Below are positions 10,917-23,534 of a DNA stretch of 64,000 nucleotides, in pieces. Within the stretch, counting starts at the first letter, position 1, and every line of letters starts with the position of its first letter. The notes under the pieces are model-generated. The model ran no database searches and was not told the DNA's origin. It was given only the letters and a program-made list of their open reading frames with translations. A program made the translations under genes and the position numbers. Source of the stretch: Sphaerodactylus townsendi (Eukaryota); NCBI RefSeq assembly GCF_021028975.2, contig NC_059440.1, forward strand, positions 32,426,001 to 32,490,000, in the 5' to 3' direction.

Positions 10917-11916
10917 TACCACCGATGGCTTGAGGAAGCAAAGAAGGCTTCAGGAGCAAAGAAGTTGAGACTGCTGAAATGGGGGGAAAAAATGAGGATA
11001 TCTGTCTGCCCCCCAGGAGCTATGTAAATCCCAAAGGGAAAAGGTTCTGAAATCGCTTATCCCACCCTGATTTGCCACGAGACCTGAACATGTAATCCAA
11101 TTAAGACCAAATGCTTAATTTTTCATTAATTCTGGAATTACAACTCATCTTCAGACTACGAAGATCAGTCCCCCTGGAGAAAATGGATGTGCCCCACAGG
11201 GGTGTGTCCCCCCCCCCCCCCGGGGCTCCATCCAAATTTCCAGTTTCCCAACCTGGGTCTGGCAATGCTGGGAGGCATACAGTCCCATCCTAACCACACC
11301 TATGCAGTAGAAAATTCTACAGACTGCCAAGTAAACACGCTTAAAGAGGCAGCCCAAGCGTGCAGTTCAGTTGGTTTAACACAAAAGTTGCAATTCTACA
11401 TAAGCTTACTTGGACGGAAGCATCACTGAAGAAAGTGGGACTAACTTCTAAGTGGATGTCGATAACAACAGGCTGTAAGCCATTGCTGGCTCAACTTGAA
11501 GCTGGCCAGGGAAGAGAAAGAACTACCAATTGCAAACCAACCTAGTGCAACCCAGAAATTTAAACGATATATTTGACTTCTAGCTACTTGATTACATTTT
11601 AATCAATTGCATACTACCCCACCCCACAGTACCAATACAGAATGGAAGGAAGCATAAGAAATTACATTTTTAACGTAAGGGAAGCAGGACGCAAAGTCCA
11701 AATTTATTTTCCTACTCATTTTACACACTCCGAGATGAAACGTCATCTTTGCCAATTAAAACTTTTTTTAAAAACCCAGTTTCTGCTTTCCTTAATTAAT
11801 CTCACATTTAATGCTTGCCAAAGAGAATGCACTTTGATCAAAAAATGTGCTTGAAATCTTGGCTGTCTTCACCACTCGCAACACAGTGATGGAAGTTTCT
11901 TATGCTCTCTTCTTAC

Positions 11917-12045
11917 CTTGCGGTCTTTCCACACAAGCCCTTCTGAAATAGGGAACGCCACCGCAGCTGCAGCCCCCATGGACCAGGAGAGCGAGAGGAG
12001 TACCAAGAGGAAGAAGCAGAAAGGGGGCTGAGCGAGGAATGCCAT
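11917..12045 (-). CDS. CORT: cortistatin precursor exon 1 (signal peptide)
   Basis: ATG 12045; MAFLAQPPFCFFLLVLLSLSWSMGAAAAVAFPISEGLVWKDRK has a hydrophobic signal peptide; donor AAG|gtaaga, phase 0 matches exon 2; 111 aa in total. Confidence 0.88.
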
Positions 12046-12141
12046 TTGGTTCTGTTCTGCTGCAAGCAACACCTGCTTTGCAAGTTATATTTTGTACTTT
12101 TGGAGGGTGGCGGGCACATACACTTCCCAACAAGTTTTTTT

Positions 12142-12214
12142 TTTAAATTAAAGCCGTCGTCAATACCCCTTCGCCTCTACTTCCCCCTCCCACCCAAGTT
12201 CCAGCAATGACGCA
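12142..12214 (-). promoter_or_regulatory. candidate CORT core promoter: TTTAAA TATA variant plus CRE half-sites
   Basis: TTTAAA 12142-12147; TGACG (minus) 12158-12162; TGACGCA (plus) 12208-12214; ~100-170 nt upstream of the ATG. Confidence 0.5.
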
Positions 12215-14068
12215 CAAACCAGAGAGCAATTATGTCCCCAAATTGTGTATCTTGTGTGGTTTTAACCCTTAATTAGAGCCTCTGGGTACAGTTGCCATTA
12301 GAGTACATTTACTGTTAATTTAAGCTGTTTGCATTTTTATTTGCTAAAAAAACCCTAACCAAACCTCATTTCCTCCCCATTATTCCCATAATGATCAAGG
12401 CTGCTTTGAGCACAAAATAGGGTGATTTAGCAACAAATTATTCACAATGGTGGATTTTATGGATGAGTTTAAGGCAGGGAAGGGAAGGCAGCCTGCTGCG
12501 AACGAGAAAGGAAGCTGAACAACAGCCTCGAGATATAATCAAAATGAGCTTTTTTATGACAGCATCTTCAACAGCAACAAAGTTTAGGAATTCTCCATAC
12601 CCTCCACAGTCTTCACAGCACAGCAAAGGAAGATGTTCATCCACAACCATTCCCAAATAGTAGAACTAAGGCTAAGTTATCAGGATACAAGGAAAAGAAG
12701 TTTAGGCTTGACCCAAGGTCTGAACAAAGGCAAAATCCAGGGAAATGGGTCCCCTTGAGAAACACTCAGCAATTTTGTGTGAGAAGGTAGAAGCCAAGGT
12801 TATGACACTCTTCATCTCCATACAGGCACTGGGGAGAGAATTGCTAGAATTAAGATATGTGTCTGAAGGATGGGTGAAGAAGAACTTCCTCTACAAATCT
12901 CTTTGCAAGTTACTGACAGGCTGTTATTAAGAGTAGACCAGGTTCTTTCCCTCTTTTGGCATTAATGGGTTTTCCATTCAGAGATGCCCTTGGGGGATGT
13001 GCAACAAATAACCACCTTCACAGTCTCCCTTTCTGTCCCCCTTCCATCATATCCAGGCTACTATAAAATCCTAAAATTTCTTCCTCTCAAGATCTCATGA
13101 ACACGTTTGATTCAGCCCCTGCTCTGCTGCCCCACCTCTTTCTTGCTGGCCTTTTTCTTCCATTGCTCATGTCTTTTTCAGTCACATCCAACTGGCTGTG
13201 CTGAAGGCCATCTCCTTTTATCCTTAAATCATCACCTCTGTTTCTCTGTCCTTTGCTTCTTGCTGGCCTTTATCCTTTAGGCTTCCCATCTCTTGCCTCA
13301 CTTCCCCTTCCTACTTCTACTCTTTCGAAACAGATCGGCCTTCTGACATCTCAGGTTTAATTTCACACTCTTACATCCGGGAAGTCTGCCAAGTTGTCCA
13401 GTGGACGCTCCTTTCCTCTCAACCTCTTCTCACCCGCTTCACTAGCAATGCCCCTCTGGAAAAGCACATTGGTTAGGGACCAACAAACCATCCTCAAATT
13501 TAATTCAGTGAGCAAAAAGGCTTTAGACTTGTTTTTGCTAGAACAGCATCTTCTCCGCTCTGCTACATGGTAAACTACTTTTGAAACTGAGGGGAGAGTC
13601 ATAAAGAATTTGTGCAATGGGGTGTGTGAATCCACTGTCAACAGAGATAACGTTAAAAATTCCACTAGCAGAGGGGAAATGGAAGCCTAACCATCATTTT
13701 GGATCTCTGCCACCTTCATCTGCAAAGTCTTTCCCCCATGCTATCAGTTAAACTGTCCTCAGCCCAATGTCCAACTTCTCCTTTCCTCTATATTCTAATT
13801 TAAGTTTGACAGTTCAGAGATCACAAGATCCAGGCCTTGCATATACCTGGAGCTAAATAAAATGTAAATTCATAGTATATGGGATACACAATCTCAAAAT
13901 ATCTGTGCAGAGACATCTTCCAAAGTGTAGGACAGACTGGCTCTCGGCCCTCCGAGCTAAGGTTCATCATATCAACATTATTAGCCACCAGGCTAATTGG
14001 TTGTCTTCCATCATGAAGTTTTCCATCTGGCATCATCTATCACTTATTTCTACTGCCTCTTTGTTGTC

Positions 14069-14321
14069 GCAGCAGTGGCGTAGTGGTTAAGAGCAGGTGT
14101 ACTCTAATCTGGAGGAACCGGGTTTGATTCCCTGCTCTGCCACTTGAGCTGTGGAGACTTATCTGGGGAATACAGATTAGCCTGTGCACTCCCACACACG
14201 CCAGCTGGGTGACCTTGGGCTAGTCACAGTTCTTCGGAGCTCTCTCAGCCCCACCCACCTCACAGCGTGTTTGTTGTGACAGGGGGAAGGGGGGATATAA
14301 ATCCAAACTCTTCTTCTTCTT
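14069..14321 (+). mobile_element. Squam3/MIR-like SINE with internal deletion
   Basis: same head, CORE and tail as the 6390 copy. Confidence 0.88.
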
Positions 14322-14829
14322 TTTTAAGATGATGATACTTTTATGGCTACTGCTGTCATGGAGAACCCCGTAGATCTGTATGTTTCACCTACTTGACAGT
14401 GCTTTTATTTTTGTATGCTTTTATTGTTTTAATTTAACATCCTAAGTCTCTCCAAGCATTTCTTAAATGAACAAATGGGGTGCTAAATGTTATAAACAAA
14501 CAGTGAGTAGACATGACCACCACTCCTATAAGAATAACAAGTCTTGTTACAATCCGAACAAACAAACTTTCTGTTTAATAAGTGACATTCCCCCTTGGAA
14601 ATCCACTCAGATTTTTCCTTCCTGAATCCTTTAAAGTATCTGTTTCTCGCATGCATTTTCAAAGATGGAATGGACACCCCAGTTAAAGGGCTCCTTCTTA
14701 ACGCTAACCATAGTGAGCCCTGGTCAAAAGCAAGCAGACACTGGAAAACTGCATCGCAATATCAGCTCTTCCTTGCTCTTTGACAAAAGGCAGACAGAGT
14801 CCAGAGGGGGCAGCCAGGGAGAAAAACAG

Positions 14830-14973
14830 TCAGGCCATGTTGGAGTCCTCACTGTCAGCTGCAACACGTCCCGCTAGCTCATCGGAGGTTCTGCTGGACG
14901 TCTTTTTTTTCTTCGCTTTTCCTTCTGCCTTTTTCAAAGTAAGCTCTTCGCTCATGTGTGTGATGTACTTCAG
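14830..14973 (-). CDS. CENPS: CENP-S (APITD1/MHF1) exon 5
   Basis: tttcaag|CTG; LKYITHMSEELTLKKAEGKAKKKKTSS...NMA-TGA. Confidence 0.9.
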   Translation of the reverse strand: MKYITHMSEELTLKKAEGKAKKKKTSSRTSDELAGRVAADSEDSNMA

Positions 14974-15261
14974 CTTGAAACAGAGAAAGACGTTATCATT
15001 CACAGGATTAGCCGTTCTGCCAGCTTTAAAAACAACTCTGCCCCCCCCCCCCCCCGCCCCAAGGTAGGTGATGTGGTGTCAAGCAATAAGTGATTAAGGC
15101 TGTGTGATACAAAGATTAGGAGGAGGGCAATTTTTTTGATCATGTTGACAGGTAACTTGTGAACAGAGTTGAGATTTCCATTAGAATTTTTAAAAAATAC
15201 AACGGATCAGCAAATCACATTAAAACTTCAGTCATTACAGAAGCCAAGCAAAAATGAAACC

Positions 15262-15792
15262 CATTACCCCATATGTCCCCACTCGGCCTCTGCGGTCAGC
15301 AGAGGCCAATTTGCTGGTGGTCCCCGGCCCCTCAATGATGCGGCTGGCCTCCACACGGGCCAGGACTTTTACAGCACTGGCCCCAGCCTGGTGGAACACC
15401 CTTCCTCCAGCTGTCCGGGCCCTGCAGGACCTTGGCGAGTTCCGCAGGGCCTGTAAGACTGTGTTGTTCCACCAGGCCTTTGGAATGCCTAGCCACTGAT
15501 ACGGTGCCCAATCCTTGCTCCTACCCTGGCACTGGTACATCAGAGCCCTCATATTGAGAGGCCTGCCGTCCCCCCCCTCTTTTGGGGTGGGTTGAAATTG
15601 AGGCGGGACGCCTTGTTTAAATGTTAATTATTAACCGCTGGTTTTAAGTATTTTAAGACGTTTTATTGATGGAGCCTATGTATTGTGTACTGGATTCGCT
15701 CCTGTTTAATGCTTCATGTTTTATATTATGTTGTTCACCGCCCGGAGCCCTTCGGGGATCGGGCGGTATAAAAATTGAAATAATAAATAAAA
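15262..15792 (+). mobile_element. L2 LINE 3' fragment (ORF2 C-terminus and 3'UTR)
   Basis: PYVPTRPLRS..LLVVP...RTFTALAPAWWNTLP..VR....LGEFRRACKT.LF is an L2 ORF2 end; terminal stem-loop ACCGCCC..GGGCGGT plus (TAAA)n. Confidence 0.88.
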
Positions 15793-16227
15793 ATTTCAAA
15801 ATGTCCTCTGAGAGAATTTCTTTAAAAGTCCTAACACATGGTTGAAAGCCTTTGGATGCAAAGACAAACTATACAAAATTCTAACGGCATGAAATGCTCT
15901 TTGGAGCAATAAAAATGCAAGGGGGAGGGGGGCAGTATAATAACTTCTTCCTTGTAATCAAACATCTTAACTGTCCCAAATCAGGTTGGTGGGGATATTT
16001 CACGGGAGGCCTGCGCAGGGTTCTCAGAGGCACTTCAGAAGGTAAAGAAAAGAGGGGGCAAGGTAAACTACCTGGCAAGATAGAGGACCAGAGTTCCAGC
16101 ACTATGGCTAAGAAGGATGAATCCACATCCCCCCCCCCCCAATCTCATCCCTCTCAACACAGAGCAAAGCTGCAGCAGCTCTCAGATTATGGATAGCTTT
16201 ATCTGGATGTAGGCATCCTTTCTAAGT

Positions 16228-16591
16228 GCCAGGGTGGTGTAGTGGTTAAGAGCAGGTTCACTTTTATCTGAAGAACTGGGTTTGATTCCCCGCTCTGCCA
16301 CTTGAGCTGTGCAGGCTTATCTGGTGAACCAGATTAGCTTGTATTGTATTGTATATTTAATTTATATACCGCCCTCTCCCGAGAGGCTCAGGGCGGTGCA
16401 CTCCAACACATGCCAGCTGGGTGACCTTGGGCTGCTAGTCAGTTCTTCGGAGCTCTCTCAGCCCCACCCATCTCACAGGGTGTTTGTTGTGGGGGTGGGG
16501 GGAAGGGGAGGAAAATAAGATTGTAAGCCCCTTTGAGTCTCCTTACAGGAGAGAAGGAGGGGATATAAATCCAAACTCCTCCTCCTCTTCT
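16228..16591 (+). mobile_element. Squam3/MIR-like SINE interrupted by an antisense L2 tail (16343-16397)
   Basis: family consensus is split at gattagcttgt|gcactcc. Confidence 0.85.
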
Positions 16592-16616
16592 AAATCCTGA
16601 TCAATCAAAGGGCTCC

Positions 16617-16810
16617 AGGGGCTGGCTGTGGCTCAGCGGCAGGGCCTGTGCCTGGTATGCGGAAGGTTCCAGGTTCAATCCACTGAATCTCCAGATTAAA
16701 AAGACTAGGAAGGAGATGATGTGAAAGACACCTGTTTGAGAACCTGGACAGCCGCTTCCAGTCTGAGTAGACAATGCTGAACATGGTGTGCTTCACTACA
16801 AGGCAGCTTT
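16617..16810 (+). mobile_element. second tRNA-derived SINE family (older; related copies near 30725, 34510, 38230 minus, 57570 minus)
   Basis: A-box tggctcagcgg, B-box ggttcaatcc, conserved gtctgagtagacaat...aaggcagctt 3' part. Confidence 0.65.
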
Positions 16811-16861
16811 ATCCATCTATCCATCCATCTATCCATCTATCTATCCATCCATCCATCTATC
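16810..16861 (+). repeat. (ATCC/ATCT)n microsatellite at an antisense L2-type tail
   Basis: direct reading. Confidence 0.85.
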
Positions 16862-18022
16862 AGCTGCATCACCCCCGAAGGGCTCGAGGCGGCTCACAAT
16901 ATGGCTGTTCTCTAAGACAGCAAATCAATACAAAAATATAACTTAAACCCATTAAAAACTTAAGCAGCAGTTACGAGCTTTCCTGGTCGCCCCTTACAAA
17001 TAGAATCAAATTCAACTCTAGCCTATTAAGTGTTCTTTGTTTCAAGTGCTCTTTGTCACAGGGATGGTTATAGATACAACACAGTAGATTCCAGGGCAAG
17101 CCCCAGGTCTTTTGCTTCTGAAGTATTGTTCTGCCTTGATTCCCCTGTTAAAGTGACGCTAATAATAAATGTGTGTAAAAAAGTGGCTATTAACTAGCAC
17201 AGCTGCAGCCTCAGAGTGTAGACGGGCGCAACCGCCCTGTTCTTCCTGACAAGACGTTCTGAGCTCAATTAAGCTGCGCTGCAGCTGTTAGCTCAAGGAC
17301 GCGCAACTCAACTACACCCTTTACCAGCAATTTTTTTCCAAGACGGCAACATATTGCTCAGACAACAGCTGGAAGGAGAAACTTTCCCACATTAGGTTAA
17401 AATTAGAAGTCATGTTATTTGGGGTAGGAGGAAGACTGACTTAAAATTTAGTGTTGTTTTTACAAAGAAATGGCTTCATGCCTAGCTTCACAGAGATGCC
17501 AAAACTTACCCTGAAAAGATTTGCCACCAACATTCATGCCAGGTCAGAAGTAGACATTGCAGGAGATGGCTGAAAATAGGAGTTCTATTTCTCCTTTATT
17601 TTAATTATTTAGAGTATTTATATAATATCCTTCTGTCCATAAAATGGGCTTCCAGAGGGGGCACAACCCAGGAAAATATGATTTCAATAAAACCACTGAC
17701 ACCCAACCACAGGAAAATAGCAGCATTAACCGACTTAAAATAATCAACTTAAGGCCATCTGTCTAGTCACTGTATCAATTGAAAACCAGCCCTGAGCAAA
17801 TCATCAAAATTCGGAATAAATCCCATGCAACAGTACAGTCTGCACAAGCCCTGTTCAAAAGTTACCTCTTGTACCTTTGGCAGAACACTGTGTGTTCAAT
17901 TGAACAGGTGTCTGTTCTTGCCAGACTATTATCTAATACCAAGTAGAAAAAGTAAATGAAGTAAGAGCAGATATTGGTTCATTCAGAAATAACATAGCAA
18001 AAAAGTAAGGCTCTCATCTCAC

Positions 18023-18089
18023 CAGTGAGTTGCTCCTTCTACACAAAAGTTTCACATCTTCAGGTTTAACTGTAATTCGTTTTGCATGT
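18023..18089 (-). CDS. CENPS: CENP-S exon 4
   Basis: acacag|A...CTG|gtgaga; 67 nt; HAKRITVKPEDVKLLCRRSNSL (histone fold). Confidence 0.95.
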
Positions 18090-18917
18090 CTGTGTGAGAA
18101 AGAAAAGAGGAGGGATAAAGAGAACTATAAAAAGATGAAAAAGCTTACTAGCTGTTGCTTGCAGAAGATAAGTAAAGGTGCTTCTATTGATATGAAGCTG
18201 CAGAAGAAATAGGCAAAACAGTTTTAGGTTGTGTTTTGAAGGGCAGCTGTTTTGGAATCATTCTTAAGCATGCCGTTGGCTTGGAAAGAGGCCAGCAGAA
18301 CGATCTCTTCCACCAAGCTCCCTTCAAATCCAAACCCACACACAACTCTCACTAGCTTCTCTTGTCCCTACTGCTCCCCAGTGACTTTCCAGATTTTGCC
18401 TGGGCAATATGTGAACAGCAAACTGAAACAGCTCTCAATTTCTGCTCGCGTTATTTTTAATGCCCAAAGCCTGGGTGGGTCATCTTCAGGACTGTGGGGC
18501 ACTTTGCCACTTCTGTGAGAAACTGACCACACATTTGCAAGCCACTTTTGAAATCAAGAGGATGCTCTCTGAACTGGCCTGTCCTAATCTGACTTTGCAG
18601 GTGAACTGACCTTGTGCTCTCCCTGATGGTATACCATCTTCACCCCAGCTCCTACCACAACAACTGAGATCTTGCTTTGCTCAGGAGGAAGCCTGATTCT
18701 GCCATTGCCACACCCCTTCCTATCAAGACTAAAGCCACGGTTGTGTGTCCCTCAAATCATACAGTAGACTCATACCCATATTTTGTTACTTCAAACTGAA
18801 GGTAAAGAAACATTATAGCTTTCCTTTATAGGTGCTCTTTCCTTTATAGGTGGGAAGGGGGTGGGGGAGAAAGAGAAGTTCCTGCAGATGGAAAACTAGC
18901 ATGTCAAGAAACTAGTA

Positions 18918-19056
18918 CAGTGGTTCCCAACCTGGGGTGCACGCACCACAAGGGGTACGTACCAGAGTATATTGGGATATGCGAAAAACATGTAATGGGT
19001 TTACTAATACAATTTTAGGGAAATGGTACACGAGTGAAAAATGTTGAGAACCACTG
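18918..19056. mobile_element. hAT-Charlie-like MITE (139 bp)
   Basis: TIRs CAGTGGTTCCCAAC / GTTGAGAACCACTG; degenerate 8-bp TSD aactagta/aagtagca. Confidence 0.75.
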
Positions 19057-19722
19057 AAGTAGCAAATGCTCTCAGTGTCTTGCATGCTCATTCTGTGTCT
19101 ATGTGCAGGGTTTTGTGAACAGGCAAGCAATGCGTACCCACAAAGATTTAACAGAATGAACAAGAGCTGGATCAAATCACTTTTTAATTCTATTTTAACT
19201 TTTACAGTTAAAAAGAAAAAGGTCAACTTTACTACCACCTCTTCATCCTGCACTTTCCAAACATTTAAAACTAATGATAAAGGAAGCTTTTTGGGGGGGA
19301 AGGAACGTCTCTCAACAATCCCTACATACTAATCCCACAAACAAAGCTGGCTTAAGAGATCTTGCTGCTACAGGTGCTAAGTGAGTCATTCGTGTCCCAC
19401 ATGATTCACACAATTACATGTTTGCCTTGTTATATAAAGGCCCTGATTTAGAACTGCAATTTGCAACAAGTAAACTGACCTCTGATGACCCAAAAGAATG
19501 AATGCGGAGCCGGCAGGCTGCCATTGGTGGCAGAAGATATGCAACTAGGATTGGTGAAGTGTCCAAAATGGCTAATAGTTACTTTCCAGCTGCTGCTGGA
19601 AACAGAAAGTTGAACTAGATGGACGCTGAGGCTGGTCCTGCAGGGCTCTTCAGATAGTTCTGAGACATGTTGTAACAGACAGTTTGTGCTTCTGCATGAC
19701 AGGCAAGGAGAAGCAATTATGT

Positions 19723-19847
19723 CAGGGGTCTGCAACCTGTGGCTCTCCAGATGTTCATGGACTACAATTCCCATCAGCCCCCACCGAAGAGGCTGATGGG
19801 AATTGTAGTCCATGAACATCTGGAGAGCCGCAGGTTGCAGACCCCTG
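19723..19847. mobile_element. palindromic hAT MITE (125-bp variant)
   Basis: near-perfect hairpin CAGGGGTCTGCAACCTG...CAGGTTGCAGACCCCTG; TSD aattatgt/aactatgt. Confidence 0.9.
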
Positions 19848-20525
19848 AACTATGTGAAGGGGGGTAGCAAGACACAAAGAATCAATATCAATAGCTAAAG
19901 TTATGAAACAGGTGGAGCCTTGAAAGGGGTGTAAACAAGCTGGAACGTGGCAGGAAGATTAAAAACCGCCCAGAGCCCTTCGGGAATGGGGAGGTCTACA
20001 AATCCAAACAATCAATCAATCAATCAAGAGTCATGATATTTCTAATACATGATGCACAATATTTCTAATGTATAAGTGGATTACATCACTGTGATCTAAG
20101 GCATGCTAAAAAACCACCCAAAAATGATGTAGAAACTTCATATCAAGACTAAACAATATTTTAGTCAGTCAGTTGGCTGGTTTTTTTCACTTATAAGGAC
20201 TAGGTGCAAACAATAACTCTGATTTAACCGGCCTACTGAAAATATGCAAGTAATACACCAAAATAAAATATCCAAAGTAAAATTTCCCCATATCTGCTTA
20301 ACTCCAGCCTGGGTACAGGTCAAAAATAGTGCTTTTCTATCAATGGAGAACGTGCAACTTTAATTGAAAGGTGCCTCGAGAAGGGTCCAGGTGAGGCAGC
20401 GTAGGATGAATGATAAATATGCCCCCAGAGCCAGTACAAACTTCTCATTCTTGTCTCTTCCCCATCTCTTTGCTCCCATTCCACTAACCATCCTGCCTTC
20501 ACTCGTCAGTCCTCCAGTTCTGGCA

Positions 20526-20708
20526 TAAGAATATAAGGAAGAGCCTGTTGGATCAGACCAGAGTCCATCTAGTCCAGCATTCTGCTACTCGCAGTGGCCC
20601 ACCAGGTGCCTTTGGGAGCTCACATGCAGGATGTGAAAGCAACGGCCTTCTGCTGCTGCTGCTCCTGAGCACCTGGTCTGCTAAGGCATTTGCAATCTCA
20701 GATCAAGG
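20526..20708 (-). mobile_element. CR1 LINE 3'UTR
   Basis: reverse complement of 37960-38138, with a TTCTTAT-type tail. Confidence 0.8.
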
Positions 20709-22664
20709 CAGCCTTAGCCATGTACCACTCTCTTGCTCCCTGGCTGTCTTTTGTGTCTGAAACTGCTATGCAAAACAACTGTGTGATACCCCATCTCTCA
20801 CCTCCTTCAAATGTCTTCTCAGACCTACCATTTCAGTGAAGCTGTGACCACAACTGCTTAGTCCCCACGCCTTTAACGGCTCAGCTGTCTCTGCCTGGGA
20901 TTTTGCTCCTTATATACTTAAAGGATGCTTCAATGTGTGCCTTATTATTATTTTTACTAACATGCTCCCCAAGTCATCCTTTTGCTTGCCTTTCTATCAT
21001 CCTTTGCTCCTTCTCGCTTCCCTCGTTTGGGCACGACTTCCACTTTTTAAAGGAAGTTGTCTTGCTTTTTATGGCTTCCTGGACTTTGTTCATAAACCAC
21101 ACTGGCATCCTCCTCGCTTTGATGGTACTTTTAATCATCTGAGGTATCCATTATATCTGAGCTCCAATTATTGTGGATATAAATCACTTCTAAGCATCCT
21201 GAAATGATTTGACCTTCTTTACTCTCCGTTTCAACTTCCTTTTAACTAATCCCCTCGTTTTAAAGAAGTTTCCTCTTCTGAGATAAAATGTGGCAATGCT
21301 GGGCCTTCTGGGCAACTTTTCCATTGACAAACATGCAGAACTTAATACCAACAGGTTCAACAACACTTTCATCTCACACCAGATCTGGCACTCCACTCAG
21401 AGGCAAGTCCCGAGTCATCTCCCTTCTAGTCTGTTCTATAACTAACCATTTCAAGTCATTTGTGTACCTAGAAATGTTGTCCTTTGCGAAGGTTGAGACA
21501 TGCATTTAACATTTATCTCGTGAGCTACAAATCCCAAATGAACTCGTGCTGTGTAGCAAAAAAAGTTTCTAGACTTCAAAATAAGTTTCATAAAAAATTA
21601 AGTGTCACCGCAATTATTCTGCACTACCGATAGCTCTAATTTAACAGACGTAGTTGTGAAGACAGGACAAACTCTTCTGAAAAGCTGAAATCAAGCCACT
21701 ACTTCACGCTGCTCTTGAAGGGTTCTATTTGCTACTAACAAGCTGCTTACAAAAGGAGACCATCCGACTGCTGTTTGCTACAGCTTAGTCATACACCTGC
21801 ATGCAATTACATTAGGCAGAACACAATCCACTCACAAGGCTACACTCCGGAGGCAAGGCTCCACACAAAGGCATCATTATCCTCTAGGCAATTTGCTTTT
21901 TTGTGCGAGTTGTGTACATACATTTTCTTGCTTTATACTGGCAATTCCGAGAAAAAAAAAGGAGGGGGGAGATTTATCAAAGAATCCAGACTCTTTGAGA
22001 GCTACACACATCTAGGGAAAAATACAGCCACTCTTTGTGCCAAATACTCAGCAAAGGTTCAGAAAGATTGGGAGGGGGGGGGGACAGGAGGGGAGAAAAA
22101 AGCTTACCGGTTTGAATCAATACCCGGCATTCAGACTACAAAATAATATAACTCTTGGCTCTGCCAAAACAGAAATGGTTTCATTAAAGCCTAATTCTAA
22201 AAGTCAGCATCAGCTCACTTGTGGGGAAAGCAGCGAGAAGAGATAAACTTTTCGACATTAAGATTTTTCACCAGACAAACACAGACGTGGACCCTACAAA
22301 GCACTCAAAGAGCTCCAAAATACTGACAACAGCGCTTGAAGGACTTGCATGGATAAAAAGGCCATGCAGCTGGTGTGGAGGGGCAAGGGGGACCAAATAA
22401 AACCATCCTGCCCTTCCTTTTCCATCACGAGAAATTCCAGTGGGGAAAAAAGCAGGGGTAGTCTGGCTCCCATATGCCTATCCTCTGAGGGGAGGGAGTT
22501 GTGAGTTTCTGTCTGCACAAAATCTGGCATTACAGGAGGTGTCAGGGAACTATTGGGCGAAGGGAATATACGACAGAACTGTGATTGCACACATCCACTG
22601 CTCCGCCGGGTCCGAATCAAGGATCTCTCTCTCTTTGAGTATTGCATTTCCCCACAGTACTTAC

Positions 22665-22698
22665 TTAGCAAACATTTCAAGGTCCTGTGCAAAGGAAT
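22665..22698 (-). CDS. CENPS: CENP-S exon 3
   Basis: tttcag|AT...AA|gtaagt; 34 nt; DSFAQDLEMFAK. Confidence 0.93.
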
Positions 22699-23534
22699 CT
22701 GAAAAGAAAAGTAAAAGGTTATCTCAAACTTCTTCCCTCCAAAAGTTTGGAAAGGAAAAACAATTTGATAAGTTTGCTCATGTACACTGGCACAATATCT
22801 ACTGCTATTCAACCTCTCTCTTTTGCTATTCAACCTCTCAAGCTTCTCATTGACTGACATCAATTGACTGCATAGAACATGCACAAACACTCCACTACTC
22901 AGGGGTCAAAGAAGTCAGTTTTGCAGTATAGAATTTTGTGATAGGACAAAGGTTGTTCGGCTTGGCTGCGTGTGATGAAACCTCACACAGGTTCTACAGC
23001 TAGAAGCTTATGTGAGACAAAATGAAGACTGGAAAGAGGTAAGTACCAATGCGCTGAAGCAAAGTATGCGGAGGTAAGGTGGCCATAGGGCAGAAAGTAA
23101 GCAATTTATTGAGAAGCAAGCTGGACAAAGAGGTAGATTACAAAAGGAGATTTGAAAAGACAGGGAAGTGGGGCAATATCACATAAATTTTAATTAATCC
23201 ATTTATTCTTCGCCTGTAGGCTTCAAGTTACTGCAATGGCCATCCTTTGCTAGCTCAGGTGACTTGCTAGTAGACAACAAACTAGTAGACATACAAAGGC
23301 ATAGGAATCTTTGACCCCATAAACCTTATTCACTGAATACACATTGCGCTCTCAGAATGAAAGCAAAACTGCATGTGCTCTATTTCGAGAGACCATTAAA
23401 CCACTAATTCCAGAAAGTTTCTTTTATTTGAACAGCTTAGTCGAAATACAGTTACCTGATGAACTCTTTACTACGAGTTAACCTCATGTTTGTTTGAGAG
23501 AGACCTACGTTCATGGTCAAACAATCCATTAGAG

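Larger units (their letters stand above)
10332..10963. repeat. 318-bp-period tandem duplication in the CORT intron
   Basis: 10332-10645 reads identical to 10650-10963. Confidence 0.95.

Noticed and set aside
10365-10922. Duplicated 79-aa ORF and short internal repeats resembling an array
   Set aside because: Translation of a non-coding MITE; the AATAAGACAT subrepeats are irregular and the DNA is eukaryotic, so not CRISPR
22294-22890. 198-aa minus ORF in CENPS
   Set aside because: Crosses the 34-nt exon 3 in a different frame; the rest is intronic with no domain
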